Shown: positions 44,474 through 55,131, counted from the first letter of the stretch. The stretch is DNA of 64,000 nucleotides from Candidatus Opimibacter skivensis (GCA_016722045.1 JADKGY010000006.1:19960-83959), one strand, 5' to 3'. Notes: a model not told the origin generated them from the letters alone. Numbers and translations: made by a program.

Positions 44474-45484
44474 TCATTCAGGCTTAACCAATTCTTTCTT
44501 TTTTTGTTTTTCCAGCTTTTTAAAATATCCTCTGAACAGGAAGTTGTGCTTCAATGCTTCCATATTTTGATTAAACCGATCTGTCCCCTGCCGGATATTT
44601 TCAAGGCTTGTATTTATACTCTGTGTTACTGTTGAATCTTTGAGCATAGAATGGATGGCCCCGTTTCCACTGTTGATATCATTTTGGATACCGGATACAA
44701 CATTACTTAGTTCTCTGGCCACAGCATCAGCCTCAGTCCCGGCTTCTTTTATCTTCAGGATGGCGTCTTTGAGATTCTGAGCATAGGAGGTATCCGTTAA
44801 AATGCGGCCTACTGAACCCTGACCATTTTTTACATCTGCGATTAATGTGTAAAAATCCTCCGCTGCGAGAGCGGCTTTACCTGTTGCCAATTGAATATTA
44901 CCAAGTGAAATTTTCACATTCCGTGGCAGTGAAGGATCATTTAATAAAGACCATATGGCACTGCTACTATTGATTCGCTGCACTGTTGACATCAATTCCT
45001 TCGTGATCAATTCAATTTCCTCATTAGTCTTATTGAGCTTTTGGAGCATTTCATCCGGGCTCAAAGCTTGCTTAGTGACCAGTAGATCGCCCTCTGTGGC
45101 CAATTCCCCTTCTTCATGTGATGCAATGATATTAACCACTTTATTTCCCACCAATCCTTCTGTCCCGATGGAGGCTAAGGCGTTTTTCCGAATAATATTT
45201 AACATCTTCTTTTCAACATTCATCGTCACTTCAATCGTTGTATCATTCAGAATAATGATGTTTTTTACTGTACCCGCTTCGATTCCTGAGAATCGGATAT
45301 TGTTGCCGGGAACAAGACCCTGTACATTTTCAAATCTTGCCTTCAATGTATATGTAGATCCGAACAAACTCCTGTTTTTTCCAATCATAAATAATAACAG
45401 GACCAGAAAACCTAATCCACTCAGGACGAAAGCCCCCAGTTTAATATTATTTATCCCCTGTTTTTCCATGCGGTAGTTATTCAA
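44474..45484 (-). CDS. mlaD: MCE-domain protein MlaD-like (phospholipid ABC transport substrate-binding component)
   Basis: N-terminal TM anchor plus an MCE domain (..TYTLKARFENVQGLVPGNNIRFSGIEAGTV..), then a long coiled-coil C-terminus. Confidence 0.7.
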   Translation of the reverse strand: MNNYRMEKQGINNIKLGAFVLSGLGFLVLLLFMIGKNRSLFGSTYTLKARFENVQGLVPGNNIRFSGIEAGTVKNIIILNDTTIEVTMNVEKKMLNIIRKNALASIGTEGLVGNKVVNIIASHEEGELATEGDLLVTKQALSPDEMLQKLNKTNEEIELITKELMSTVQRINSSSAIWSLLNDPSLPRNVKISLGNIQLATGKAALAAEDFYTLIADVKNGQGSVGRILTDTSYAQNLKDAILKIKEAGTEADAVARELSNVVSGIQNDINSGNGAIHSMLKDSTVTQSINTSLENIRQGTDRFNQNMEALKHNFLFRGYFKKLEKQKKKELVKPE

Positions 45485-46262
45485 AAAAATGTTTCACTTT
45501 CGGATCATCGCTTTGTTTCAATTCCTCGTAAGTACCTATAGCATGACATTTACCATCGATTAAAACTATTACCCTGTCACTGGCTGTCCTGATGCAGTTC
45601 ATGTCATGTGAAATGATAACTGAAGTGGTATCATATTTGGCTTGTATCTCTCTCATCAACCCGATAATTTCTTTTGCAGTGATCGGGTCAAGACCGGTCG
45701 TTGGTTCATCATACAATATTATTTCAGGTCTTAATATTAAGGTTCTGGCCAATGCAATTCTCTTCCGCATTCCTCCTGACAATTCCTCCGGCATCATGTC
45801 GATCGTGTGCGTCAGACCCACATCTTCGAGGGCTTCTATCACCATACTGTTGACCTCTTCCTGTGTGACCTTGATCCAATGGCGCCGCAATGGAAATTCA
45901 AGATTATTTCTCACGGTCATCGAATCATAAAGCGCATTGCTCTGAAATAAAAATCCTACCCTGGCTCTTACCTGATCTATTTCTTCATGATCCAAATCCG
46001 GAATGTTTTGTCCGAACATTTCAATGGTACCCTGATCGGGCTTCAGTAAACCAATAACACATTTTATCAACACCGATTTTCCTGAACCTGATTTACCAAG
46101 GATAACCACACTTTCACCTTTATGTACTTCCAGATTAAAATCAATCAGCACATGATTTTTCCCGAAAGATTTATACAAATGCCTGATGACAAGAACACTC
46201 GTTATTGACATCGTCTGATCCTTATTTGTTGCCTGTTGTACTTCCGTCATCATACCTGTCAA
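45477..46262 (-). CDS. mlaF: ABC transporter ATP-binding protein, MlaF-like
   Basis: Walker A GKSGSGKS, signature LSGGMRKR, Walker B ILYDEPTTGLD. It overlaps mlaD by 8 nt and mlaE by 4 nt. Confidence 0.85.
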   Translation of the reverse strand: MTGMMTEVQQATNKDQTMSITSVLVIRHLYKSFGKNHVLIDFNLEVHKGESVVILGKSGSGKSVLIKCVIGLLKPDQGTIEMFGQNIPDLDHEEIDQVRARVGFLFQSNALYDSMTVRNNLEFPLRRHWIKVTQEEVNSMVIEALEDVGLTHTIDMMPEELSGGMRKRIALARTLILRPEIILYDEPTTGLDPITAKEIIGLMREIQAKYDTTSVIISHDMNCIRTASDRVIVLIDGKCHAIGTYEELKQSDDPKVKHFFE

Positions 46263-47047
46263 TTAAATCCAAGGACATCCGTAATCTGAACGGCCAGCAG
46301 ATCAAGAAAAAAAATAATAATAGATGAAAGCACTACTGCTGAATTAGCAGAACTACCAACACCCTCTGTTCCTTTGTTGCTCGTATATCCCATATAACAA
46401 CCTATCATGCCTACAGCAAAACCAAAAAAATAACTCTTCACAAAAGCAGGCAAGACATCGTTGAATGAAAGATTTTTAAAAACCTGCATCCAGAACAATG
46501 TAAAACTCGTATCCCCACGGATATTGACGCCGAGATATGACCCATAAAGTGAAATAGCATCACCTAATAACAATAAAACAGGTAACATAAATGTAGTGGC
46601 CATCACCCTGGTGACGACCAGGAATTTAAACGGATTGGTGCCGCTTACTTCCATCGCGTCAATCTGTTCTGTTACCTTCATAGAACCAAGCTCAGCTCCC
46701 ATACTACTTCCGATCTTGCCGGCAAATATTAAAGCAGTGATCACAGGTCCTATTTCTCTCACGATAGCAATACCTACAATGGCAGGTAATTCGAATTCCA
46801 CTCCGTATTTTAACATAGAGGGACGCAGTTGCATGGTTAGCACCAGACCCATAATAAAAGCCGTAAGGCCAATAAGTGGAAGCGATTTATAACCTACGAT
46901 ATAACATTGCCTGATAAATTCAGCTATTTCATATCGAGGTTTGAACCATTGTTGAAAAAAACGCCCGGTAAACCGGAAAAGATCTCCGGCGTCATCTAAA
47001 AATTTATAGCTAGCTAAATCACGGTTCATTGCCCTAAATATCTTCAA
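46259..47047 (-). CDS. mlaE: ABC transporter permease, MlaE-like
   Basis: REIGPVITALIFAGKIGSSMGAELGSMKVTEQIDAMEV is the MlaE hallmark. Confidence 0.8.
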   Translation of the reverse strand: MKIFRAMNRDLASYKFLDDAGDLFRFTGRFFQQWFKPRYEIAEFIRQCYIVGYKSLPLIGLTAFIMGLVLTMQLRPSMLKYGVEFELPAIVGIAIVREIGPVITALIFAGKIGSSMGAELGSMKVTEQIDAMEVSGTNPFKFLVVTRVMATTFMLPVLLLLGDAISLYGSYLGVNIRGDTSFTLFWMQVFKNLSFNDVLPAFVKSYFFGFAVGMIGCYMGYTSNKGTEGVGSSANSAVVLSSIIIFFLDLLAVQITDVLGFN

Positions 47048-47100
47048 AGGTCTAATCTATAAGCGATGTGACAGATGATGGCCGTCAGCATCACAAGTGA

Positions 47101-48033
47101 TTACTGTATATCGGTGATCATGGAATATAGTAAGTCTGCATCTTCCTTATGACACAATTCTGTCCCCGGATTCATTGTTGCAGCTGTTCCACAGGCCACT
47201 CCATATTGTAAAGCATGATGCATATTCCATCCTTTTGAAATACTGTGAACGATTCCTGCTACCATACTGTCACCTGCACCTACTGTACTTTTAGATGTCA
47301 CGTTCGGTGCCGAAGTATAGTAAGCTTCATTTTTAGTGATAAGCATAGCACCTGATTTCCCCATGGAGATGACAATAATCTCAGCCTGACCTCTGTTGAG
47401 AATTTCTCGGGCTACTGCTTCAATTTCTTCGGATTCAATTCTCTCTTTCCCGATCAAAGAGCTCAACTCACCAAGATTCGGCTTGAATAAATAGACACCC
47501 TCATGTACAGCATGTTTCAATGCTTCACCTGAAGTATCCACAACCAGTTTCGCATTTTTATTTTTGGCAATTCTTGAAAGACGTGCATAGATATCTAAAG
47601 GAACTCCGCGTGGCAGGCTGCCACTAGCCACAATAAATTCAACATCTGTAAATTCCTCCACGGCCATGAGACAACGTCCCCATTCTTCCTCACTTAGCCC
47701 GTTATCCGGCAAACCAAACTTGTATTGTTGATTTGTGGAATGATCAAGAATGGTAATGCTCTCTCTTGTTTCATGGTCTGTTTCAATACAGATGAAAGGC
47801 ACATTTTCCTTTTCAAGCAAATGGTTAAAAAATTTGCCTGTATAGCCTCCGGCAGGGAAAATGGCTGTAGCCTCTCCGCCAAGCTGATGAATGGCCCTGG
47901 CCACATTAATTCCACCTCCGCCCGGTTGGAGAAGAAGAGAATTACATCTTAATTTCTTGTCCGGTACTACGAAAGGTACGCTGGTGCTTTTATCAATGCA
48001 TGGGCTAAAAGTGACGGTTACAATTCGGGGCAT
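47101..48033 (-). CDS. PfkB-family hexose-phosphate kinase (1-phosphofructokinase/tagatose-6-P kinase-like)
   Basis: 310 aa. N-terminal GG.G.N.A and C-terminal VGAGDSMVAG (D.GAGD) PfkB motifs. Confidence 0.7.
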   Translation of the reverse strand: MPRIVTVTFSPCIDKSTSVPFVVPDKKLRCNSLLLQPGGGGINVARAIHQLGGEATAIFPAGGYTGKFFNHLLEKENVPFICIETDHETRESITILDHSTNQQYKFGLPDNGLSEEEWGRCLMAVEEFTDVEFIVASGSLPRGVPLDIYARLSRIAKNKNAKLVVDTSGEALKHAVHEGVYLFKPNLGELSSLIGKERIESEEIEAVAREILNRGQAEIIVISMGKSGAMLITKNEAYYTSAPNVTSKSTVGAGDSMVAGIVHSISKGWNMHHALQYGVACGTAATMNPGTELCHKEDADLLYSMITDIQ

Positions 48034-48041
48034 TTTGCAAG

Positions 48042-48497
48042 TTATTCATTTTCATACCTCCCTGTTTTTTCCGTGATGACAATTCGATAAATTATAGGTT
48101 TGATCGCACCATCCGCATGAGGATGTACCTTTTTTGCGACGATATCCGGAGGGATGGCCGTCTTGCTGATTTTGGAATGAAGCATGCGGTCAACAAATAG
48201 TTTCAATGCCTGATATCTTTCCCTTTCACCGGTCAACTCCTGGTATTGGCCCCATGCAATCACGCTTTTCCAGTTTGTAAAATTATGCATGGTATCCACC
48301 TCAAAACATACATTGGGATTCTTGCGCATCATCGCGATTTTTAACCCCTCAATTGAATGTGCGATGATATGCTTTCCATCATACACATAATTGATAGGGA
48401 CCACATAGGTTTTGTTTCCATCGTTGCACCCTATGCGGCCAAAAATATTTTCACCCAGTACATCTTCAATCTGCTGGTCAGATAATGTTCCAATCAT
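48042..48497 (-). CDS. pyridoxamine 5'-phosphate oxidase-like FMN-binding family protein
   Basis: 151 aa. Split-barrel PNPOx-like pattern (GR...NDG..Y..P.NY.Y.G..I..H). Confidence 0.55.
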   Translation of the reverse strand: MIGTLSDQQIEDVLGENIFGRIGCNDGNKTYVVPINYVYDGKHIIAHSIEGLKIAMMRKNPNVCFEVDTMHNFTNWKSVIAWGQYQELTGERERYQALKLFVDRMLHSKISKTAIPPDIVAKKVHPHADGAIKPIIYRIVITEKTGRYENE

Positions 48498-48643
48498 ATC
48501 ATAAACTAGTTTAAGAACCCTTCTCGTTTAAAAGGATGCCATTTCGGATGCCTGCAAACCAGAGCACCTGGGATCAACGCTTGCATCATTGATCCCATTC
48601 CCCAATGCTCTTTTTCAATCAGGCAGAATACCTGATCAACATT

Positions 48644-48880
48644 TTAATTCATCTCTTCTACCGGTTCTTTCCGTGCTTTGGTAATATCACCTTTCAGGTG
48701 AGCGAACTTCTCTTTGTTTTTGTCTATAAGTTCATTTACCTCATCCACCATTTCACGGCCTTTTTTATTCATTTTTAATCTTGTATTGCTTCCCTTATCA
48801 GGTGCAAACAAAACTCCCAAAATAGCACCGGCTGCTGCGCCTAGCGCAAACCCTGCCAGTATTTTATATGTATTCTTCAT
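48644..48880 (-). CDS. YtxH-domain small membrane-associated protein
   Basis: 78 aa. N-terminal GFALGAAAGAILGVLFAP Gly-zipper helix, then a charged coiled region. Confidence 0.5.
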   Translation of the reverse strand: MKNTYKILAGFALGAAAGAILGVLFAPDKGSNTRLKMNKKGREMVDEVNELIDKNKEKFAHLKGDITKARKEPVEEMN

Positions 48881-49299
48881 ATTGTTGAATTTTGATATCC
48901 ACTAATTTAGGATCATTATTGCGCCATGGCAGTGACACACCTCATCAGATCGAATGATTCAAATCATTAATTCGTAATGGTCTGAAGAAACTCTTTAGTT
49001 AGAATTGAATTATTTCTTCCTCCAGGTCTGGATTAACGTAATACCTATCTATTCCGGCTTTTTTTTAAAAATTTCCATTGAACTACATACTGTATCTTCA
49101 TTATACATCTGTTACTTGTCCAATATCCACATAATCCCTACCGGAGCTGACCCTTTCTTTTTGGAATTATTGGATTGCAACATTCTGATAATAAGATATT
49201 TAGACATATATTTCAGGTGGCTTAGGTTTTAGATTTTGAAATACTTTACAAGCATTACAAAGATTTTATAGTTTTGCACTCTCTTTAAAAAGAGGCTTT

Positions 49300-49373
49300 G
49301 GATCGGTAGTTCAGTTGGTTAGAATGCCGCCCTGTCACGGCGGAGGTCGCGGGTTCGAGTCCCGTCCGGTCCG
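49300..49373 (+). tRNA. tRNA-Asp (anticodon GTC)
   Basis: The cloverleaf folds by hand: acceptor GGATCGG/CCGGTCC, D-arm GTTC-AGTTGGTTA-GAAT, anticodon stem CCGCC/GGCGG with loop CTGTCAC, T-arm GCGGG-TTCGAGT-CCCGT, discriminator G. CCA is not encoded. Confidence 0.9.
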
Positions 49374-49375
49374 CA

Positions 49376-49411
49376 AAAAGAAAAGGTCACCAATCGGTGG
49401 CCTTTTCTTTT
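49376..49411 (+). terminator. rho-independent terminator after tRNA-Asp
   Basis: aaaaggtcacc aatc ggtggcctttt cttttttg: 11-bp stem (one G-U), 4-nt loop, T-run. Confidence 0.8.
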
Positions 49412-49463
49412 TTGTGCAATCCGGCTGTCTCAATCGTTTTAGTTCCAACCAACTTTTGTCATC

Positions 49464-49913
49464 ATGAAAAATGTTCTATTCGTTTTACTTCTTTTCTCTG
49501 CATGTACACCAAAGCCTAAAGACATCAGCAAACAAGCTGCCGCAGAAATTATTAAAACCGATATTGCGATGAATGATATGGCTGTAAAAGAAGGATTCCA
49601 TATCACACTACTTCAATTTGCTGATGACAGCCTTGTCAAACCACAGGATGGTGAATACCCGGTCATAGGTAAAACAGCTCTCGAAAAATACTGGTCAGGC
49701 AAACCAGATACAAAAGCTATATCATGGAGCCCCTTCAAAGCTGAAGCCGCTCAGTCAGGTGATCTTGGCTACTCCCTTGGCAACTGGAAATTCGTGACAA
49801 AGGATTCCACTTATTTCGGTAATTATTATACAATCTGGAAAAAACATACTGATGGATCCTGGAAGTTCGTGGTCGATGGAGGCAATAACACTCCCGCTCC
49901 CGTCAAGAACTAA
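49464..49913 (+). CDS. lipoprotein with NTF2-like (SnoaL/DUF4440-type) fold
   Basis: Lipobox FSAC. C-terminal GDLGYSLGNW......GNYYTIWKKHTDGSWKFVVD matches the DUF4440/SnoaL-3 signature. Confidence 0.55.
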   Translation: MKNVLFVLLLFSACTPKPKDISKQAAAEIIKTDIAMNDMAVKEGFHITLLQFADDSLVKPQDGEYPVIGKTALEKYWSGKPDTKAISWSPFKAEAAQSGDLGYSLGNWKFVTKDSTYFGNYYTIWKKHTDGSWKFVVDGGNNTPAPVKN

Positions 49914-50144
49914 GAAAAGAATACAAGGCCTACAACCTTAAGCAGGTATGTATTCAGATAAAGATCAATATCTATCTGAATAAGCCAACTCTTTCTATTT
50001 GTTTTCTCGTTTTCATGCCGCATAAAGTTTTGTACCTGTGATTCAGGCTGCTTTTTTATTTCATCCTGACAGGTGAACTACTATCTTTCTTTTGTGTTCA
50101 ATTTGGTATATTTCACTGCGTATTCCCATTTAAATCAACATATT

Positions 50145-53100
50145 ATGAAAAGCTTATTCCTGTCTTTTTGCCTCCTCCTATTGTCTCAACTGTCCTTTGC
50201 GCAAGAATGGGTTCGTCAAAATCCCTTCCCATTTCTATCTCAAATGCATGATATTAATTTCGATGGCCCCTATGGTTTGGCTGTTGGAACTGATGCTACG
50301 ATCTATACGACAACGAACAGCGGGAAAAGCTGGGTTAAAGGACAAGCTACTGATTCATCAAAAATACTCGTCACCGTATTAGTCGTTCCGGGCACTTCCG
50401 GAAAATTTATGTTGGCCGGTGGTGATAACAATTTGATTCTGTCAGAAGACGGAGGAAAATTATGGAAGACAACATATAATTATATACCAAATACATATAA
50501 GGTCCAATCCCTTCCTGATGGTACGCTGATAGCTTTAGGTAGTGATTTTGGTCTTAAGAGCTTCAACAAAGGAAAAATTTGGTTTGCTTTCAATATGCCG
50601 GGTATGGGCGTTACAGCAGGACATTTTACCAGCCTGATGAATGGTTGGGTAGCACTGGGTCCGCAATTTAAACAACAAGTATGGGTCACTACTAACGGTG
50701 GTACTACATGGAGTCTTCGTGATCCATTGAAACACTCTCTGATCAACTCGATCCAAATGGTCAATGACCAGGTAGGATATTTAGCGTCTACGGATTTTAT
50801 TTATGAAACCACTGATGGCGGTTATCATTGGTTGCCCATGCAGGACATTGCAGCGGAAGGCGGAATCAGTGATCTTTGTGTAGTCGATGACGGCGTTTTA
50901 TGGTCTTGCATGAATGACGGTTCGGTATATTTTTCGACAAGCGGTGTATGGAATCGAATTGATCCTAAACTCCTCAACGGCAACAAGACATTAGGCATCT
51001 GGGCAAACTTACAAGGCGAAGTCTGGATGGTAGGTAAATATTCTTCTATCCTTTATTCTCCAAATTTTGGAAAAGACTGGTCGGATCAGATACCTGCAGC
51101 AAAACAAACCATGTTTGCGCCAAGCTTTGCAAATGGATTTGTAGGAATGGTCGGTGGATCTGACGGCGCGATCTTACGCACGACAAATAGTGGAGCCAAA
51201 TGGGAAAAAATAACTTTTCCAGTGAGTGAAAATTTTCAGGGTTTGGAAATGATTGATGATCAGGTGGCCGTCGCAGGTTCGAAATCGGGAAAAGTTTTTC
51301 TGACGCTGAATCAGGGAAATTCATGGAATGTGATAGGTTCTGGCTTTGGTCCGATATCAGATCTTAAATCTTTCAATCAGTTCGAAATCTTAGTGACTAC
51401 TGAGAATGGTAAAATATTTAAAACCACTAACAGCGGATCGAATTGGACACTTGTGTTTAATAATGCCAATGATCATTTTCTGGGTATAGATTTCTTTGAC
51501 CACTCTACAGGATGGGTAACAGGTTGGAATGGAAAAATCTTAGTGACCCATGATGAAGGTGATACCTGGACGACGCTGTATAAAGACAAAATCAGTAAAT
51601 TTTCAGATGTCCATTTTACTTCTTTCCTGGAAGGATGGGTTATTTCATCCGACAACACCGATACGATATGGCATACTTTGAACGGCGGTTCGACATGGCA
51701 AAAAAATGTGTTGCCTGTAAAAACTTCCTGGAATGCTATTTCCTTCATGAATGGACAGACAGGATGGATTGCCGGAGGTAGTGATAGTTATGGAGTTGTT
51801 CTACGTACGGATGATGGAGGTGCCAGTTGGTATACAACCCATGTTTCACCTGAGGACTTGCTGGGTGTATATGCTTTACCCGGGCAGGAGACCGTGTGGG
51901 CTGTTGGATACGGTGGCAATATTGTTAAATACGCAGCATGCACTTCACCTCCGCAGATTGTTGAATTGAGAGTCAATGCAGAGCCATGCACAGGTGATAC
52001 AGTCAGTGTAACGGCCGAGGTTAATAATGTGGATCAGTTCGAATGGACTTATCCTGAAGGATGGATTCTTTTAGGGAATTCAAATAGTTCATCTATCCAA
52101 TTTATCGCCGGCGCCACTCCCGGGAATATCACACTCAATGGAACCAATGCATGTCAGGGTAATTCAGTACAACTTTCTGCGGCTGTTACCCCTGTAGCTA
52201 TGCCTATTGTTGTCATCGCGCTTAACCAGGATATTATAGTTTCAAATGCACCGTCTGGATATTTTCAATGGCTATTGAATGGAGTGCCTATTGAAGGAGC
52301 GAATGATTTTCAATTTCAACCCATAGTCAGTGGATCTTATCAATTGATGTATACCACATTTACATCAGGTTGCGTGACGACTTCAAATGTGCTGGATGTG
52401 ACAGTTGAGCCCCTGCAAAACGGAGACTGGGTGCGACAGAATCCATTTCCATTTTTATCACAGATGTATGATGTCGATTTTGATGGAAAATATGGATTGG
52501 CTGTCGGTGCTGATGCCGCCATATTCACCACTTCAAATGGAGGGAAGACATGGATTCAGGGGAAAGGCACGGATTCAACAAAAATACTTACTACAGCTTA
52601 TGTTGTTCCCGGCCATTCCGGTCAATTGATGTTGGCCGGTGGTGACAACAATTTAATTCTGACGAACGATGGTGGAAAACTATGGACGACATCACACAAC
52701 TACATTCCTAATGTGTATAAAATCGAATCCCTTTCTGATGGAACGCTTATCGCACTAGGTAGTGATTTCGGATTAAGGAGTACAGACAATGGATTGCTTT
52801 GGTTTGCTTTTAATATGCCCGGCATGGGTGTGACAGCAGGTCATTTTACAAGTGTGATGAACGGATGGGTCGCCTATGGCAGTTTCAATAACGCGCAGGT
52901 GTATGTCACTACCGATGGAGGTACGACATGGAATATCCGGGATGCGCAGAAACATGCTTTGATCTCATCAATTGATATGCTTGATGATCAGGTTGGCTAT
53001 CTGGCATCAAGGGATTTTGTTTTCAAGACTATTGATGGTGGTGTCACGTGGAATCAGTTGCAACCTGTTTCTGTGGATGGCGGCATTAATGATCTGCACG

Positions 53101-54893
53101 TCGCTGACGGAAATAATCTTTGGACTTCTTTAAATAATGGCTCCGTATATTTTTCAACAAATAGCGGTGCGTCATGGCGGGAAGTAAATCCTAATGTTAT
53201 CAATAGCAACAAAACCCTGGGGATATGGGCTAATGCAACCGGAGAAGCCTGGACGGTAGGAAAATATATTTCAATTCTTTACACATCGGATTATGGAGTG
53301 ACTTGGACAGATCAAATACCTGCATCGAAACAAACACTATTTGAACCAAATTTTTATAATGAATTTGTCGGTATGGTAGGCGGGTCTGATGGTACCATCA
53401 TGCGTACAAAAAATAGCGGAGCAAAATGGGAGCCTGTTAAGTTTTCACGCGATGAGAATTTTTTCGGACTCAATATGATCGATGATAAAATTGTCGTCGC
53501 CGGTTCTTCATCAGGTAAAGTATTTCTGACCGAAGATCAGGGTGATACGTGGACTGTCATCGGTCAAAATCTCGGTCAGATCACCGATCTGAAAGCCTTC
53601 AATCAATTTGAGATCATCGTGACGATTGCAAACGGCAAGATCTACAGGACAAACGATGGTGGTGCGCAATGGAATGCCGTTTATAACAATCCATCTGATC
53701 AGTTATTCGCTCTTGAATTTGCTGACCATCAGACAGGTTGGGCGGCAGGCTGGAAAGGAAAAATTCTGGTGACGAACGACGGAGGTGATACATGGCAGAC
53801 GCAATATTCAGACGGACGAAATCATTTCAATGATGTTCATTTTACGTCTCCTTCGGATGGATGGGCTGTCTCATCTTCCATCACAGATACTATATGGCAT
53901 ACCTCCAATGGTGGCCAGAACTGGACGAAGTCACAATTGCCCGTCACCACATTCTGGAGAGCCGTTTCATTTATGGATCAGAATATAGGATGGGTCGCCG
54001 GAGGTAGCAATGGATATGGAGTGATACTTCGTACAGACAATGGTGGGGCAAGCTGGTATCTTTCACATGAATCACCTGATGCTTTACTTGGAATTTATGC
54101 AGTACCCGGTCAGGAAGCCGCATGGTCTACAGGTTTTGGTGGAAACATAATGAAATATTCTTCATGCTCTGCTCCTCCTTCAATCTCGGAGATAAGAGGT
54201 AATCTCGAACCCTGCGCAGGAGACACGGTCAACTTTGTGGTTGAATTTACCGGTGTTGATTTGTTTGATTGGACATATCCATCCGATTGGCATGTGCTCG
54301 GCAATTCTAATACGTCTTCCATACAATTTGTTGTCGGTACAGATTCGGGATTAGTGTCTGTTCGGGGCCGCGATGCATGTGGCGATTCTACTGCAGTGCT
54401 CACCGCTGTTGTTTCGCCTATCATTCCACCTGAACTTACCATCTCACTTGAAAATGATACTCTTGTTTCTGGTGTTACATCCGGATTATTTCAATGGTTA
54501 TTCAACGGAGCGCCTATAATAGATGCGAATGATCCTACATTTCATCCGTTCGTAAGTGGGACATACCAATTGCATCTCACAACATTTACATCAGGATGCG
54601 AGACATTCTCCAATGAAATTGACTACATCGTGACCGGGACAAAGTATGTGGATCAGAATCGACTGTTGGTCTATCCAAACCCGGCTTCACAAATATTATA
54701 CATCAAATACAGTGATGGTAAATCTATACCTCAGGGTTCAAAAATTTCATTGATCAACACGGATGGAAAGATTGTGATCTCAACGATGTCAGGCAGTGAT
54801 CATCTATATGTGCATGGTGTACCTGCAGGCATGTATATCGTCCGGATAGAGAATAGCTATGAGTTACTCTTTAAGAAAATCACTATAGAATAA
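50145..54893 (+). CDS. T9SS-secreted BNR/Asp-box repeat beta-propeller protein (Ycf48-like), internally duplicated (2 x ~740 aa) with C-terminal type-A sorting domain
   Basis: The signal peptide MKSLFLSFCLLLLSQLSFAQ starts at ATG 50145; the track's upstream extension from 50073 lacks a signal peptide. Many S/T-.-(D/N)-.-G-.-(T/S)-W boxes (TTNSGKSW, TTNGGTTW, TDDGGASW...). Each half ends in a Cys-containing Ig-like module. The last 75 aa (VYPNPASQILYIKY...GMYIVRIENSYELLFKKITIE) match the Por-secretion tail. Confidence 0.65.
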   Translation: MKSLFLSFCLLLLSQLSFAQEWVRQNPFPFLSQMHDINFDGPYGLAVGTDATIYTTTNSGKSWVKGQATDSSKILVTVLVVPGTSGKFMLAGGDNNLILSEDGGKLWKTTYNYIPNTYKVQSLPDGTLIALGSDFGLKSFNKGKIWFAFNMPGMGVTAGHFTSLMNGWVALGPQFKQQVWVTTNGGTTWSLRDPLKHSLINSIQMVNDQVGYLASTDFIYETTDGGYHWLPMQDIAAEGGISDLCVVDDGVLWSCMNDGSVYFSTSGVWNRIDPKLLNGNKTLGIWANLQGEVWMVGKYSSILYSPNFGKDWSDQIPAAKQTMFAPSFANGFVGMVGGSDGAILRTTNSGAKWEKITFPVSENFQGLEMIDDQVAVAGSKSGKVFLTLNQGNSWNVIGSGFGPISDLKSFNQFEILVTTENGKIFKTTNSGSNWTLVFNNANDHFLGIDFFDHSTGWVTGWNGKILVTHDEGDTWTTLYKDKISKFSDVHFTSFLEGWVISSDNTDTIWHTLNGGSTWQKNVLPVKTSWNAISFMNGQTGWIAGGSDSYGVVLRTDDGGASWYTTHVSPEDLLGVYALPGQETVWAVGYGGNIVKYAACTSPPQIVELRVNAEPCTGDTVSVTAEVNNVDQFEWTYPEGWILLGNSNSSSIQFIAGATPGNITLNGTNACQGNSVQLSAAVTPVAMPIVVIALNQDIIVSNAPSGYFQWLLNGVPIEGANDFQFQPIVSGSYQLMYTTFTSGCVTTSNVLDVTVEPLQNGDWVRQNPFPFLSQMYDVDFDGKYGLAVGADAAIFTTSNGGKTWIQGKGTDSTKILTTAYVVPGHSGQLMLAGGDNNLILTNDGGKLWTTSHNYIPNVYKIESLSDGTLIALGSDFGLRSTDNGLLWFAFNMPGMGVTAGHFTSVMNGWVAYGSFNNAQVYVTTDGGTTWNIRDAQKHALISSIDMLDDQVGYLASRDFVFKTIDGGVTWNQLQPVSVDGGINDLHVADGNNLWTSLNNGSVYFSTNSGASWREVNPNVINSNKTLGIWANATGEAWTVGKYISILYTSDYGVTWTDQIPASKQTLFEPNFYNEFVGMVGGSDGTIMRTKNSGAKWEPVKFSRDENFFGLNMIDDKIVVAGSSSGKVFLTEDQGDTWTVIGQNLGQITDLKAFNQFEIIVTIANGKIYRTNDGGAQWNAVYNNPSDQLFALEFADHQTGWAAGWKGKILVTNDGGDTWQTQYSDGRNHFNDVHFTSPSDGWAVSSSITDTIWHTSNGGQNWTKSQLPVTTFWRAVSFMDQNIGWVAGGSNGYGVILRTDNGGASWYLSHESPDALLGIYAVPGQEAAWSTGFGGNIMKYSSCSAPPSISEIRGNLEPCAGDTVNFVVEFTGVDLFDWTYPSDWHVLGNSNTSSIQFVVGTDSGLVSVRGRDACGDSTAVLTAVVSPIIPPELTISLENDTLVSGVTSGLFQWLFNGAPIIDANDPTFHPFVSGTYQLHLTTFTSGCETFSNEIDYIVTGTKYVDQNRLLVYPNPASQILYIKYSDGKSIPQGSKISLINTDGKIVISTMSGSDHLYVHGVPAGMYIVRIENSYELLFKKITIE

Positions 54894-54928
54894 AAAACAT
54901 ACTGTTGCTTTTATGCAATAGTGATGCG

Positions 54929-54965
54929 AAAGGCATCTTCTGAGATATCAGGAGATGCCTTTTTA
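54929..54965 (+). terminator. rho-independent terminator after the BNR gene
   Basis: aaaggcatct-(14 nt loop)-agatgccttt tt. Confidence 0.55.
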
Positions 54966-55026
54966 CCTTCCATCTCCGTTCGAAAGAAATGCAATTGAGT
55001 GAGATTCTGGTGAAAGCGGAGTAATG

Positions 55027-55131
55027 GGAATAAGGAATAGCGAATATCGAAGTAAGAAGTCGAAGTAAGAAGTCGAAGTAAGAAGTTGAAGTAAGAAGTT
55101 GAAGTAAGAAGTTGAAGTTGAAGTTGAAGTT
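55027..55131. repeat. 13/6-nt tandem array (gaagtaa gaagtc)x2.5, (gaagtaa gaagtt)x3, (gaagtt)x4, embedded in a 19-bp inverted repeat (55034-55052 / 55227-55245)
   Basis: Read directly. gaatagcgaatatcgaagt is reverse-complementary to acttcgatattcgctattc. Confidence 0.8.

Noticed and set aside
50073-50144. Upstream extension of the BNR gene (MNYYLSFVFNLVYFTAYSHLNQHI)
   Set aside because: A typical signal peptide (MKSLFLSFCLLLLSQLSFAQ) starts at the ATG at 50145. The extension would bury it.
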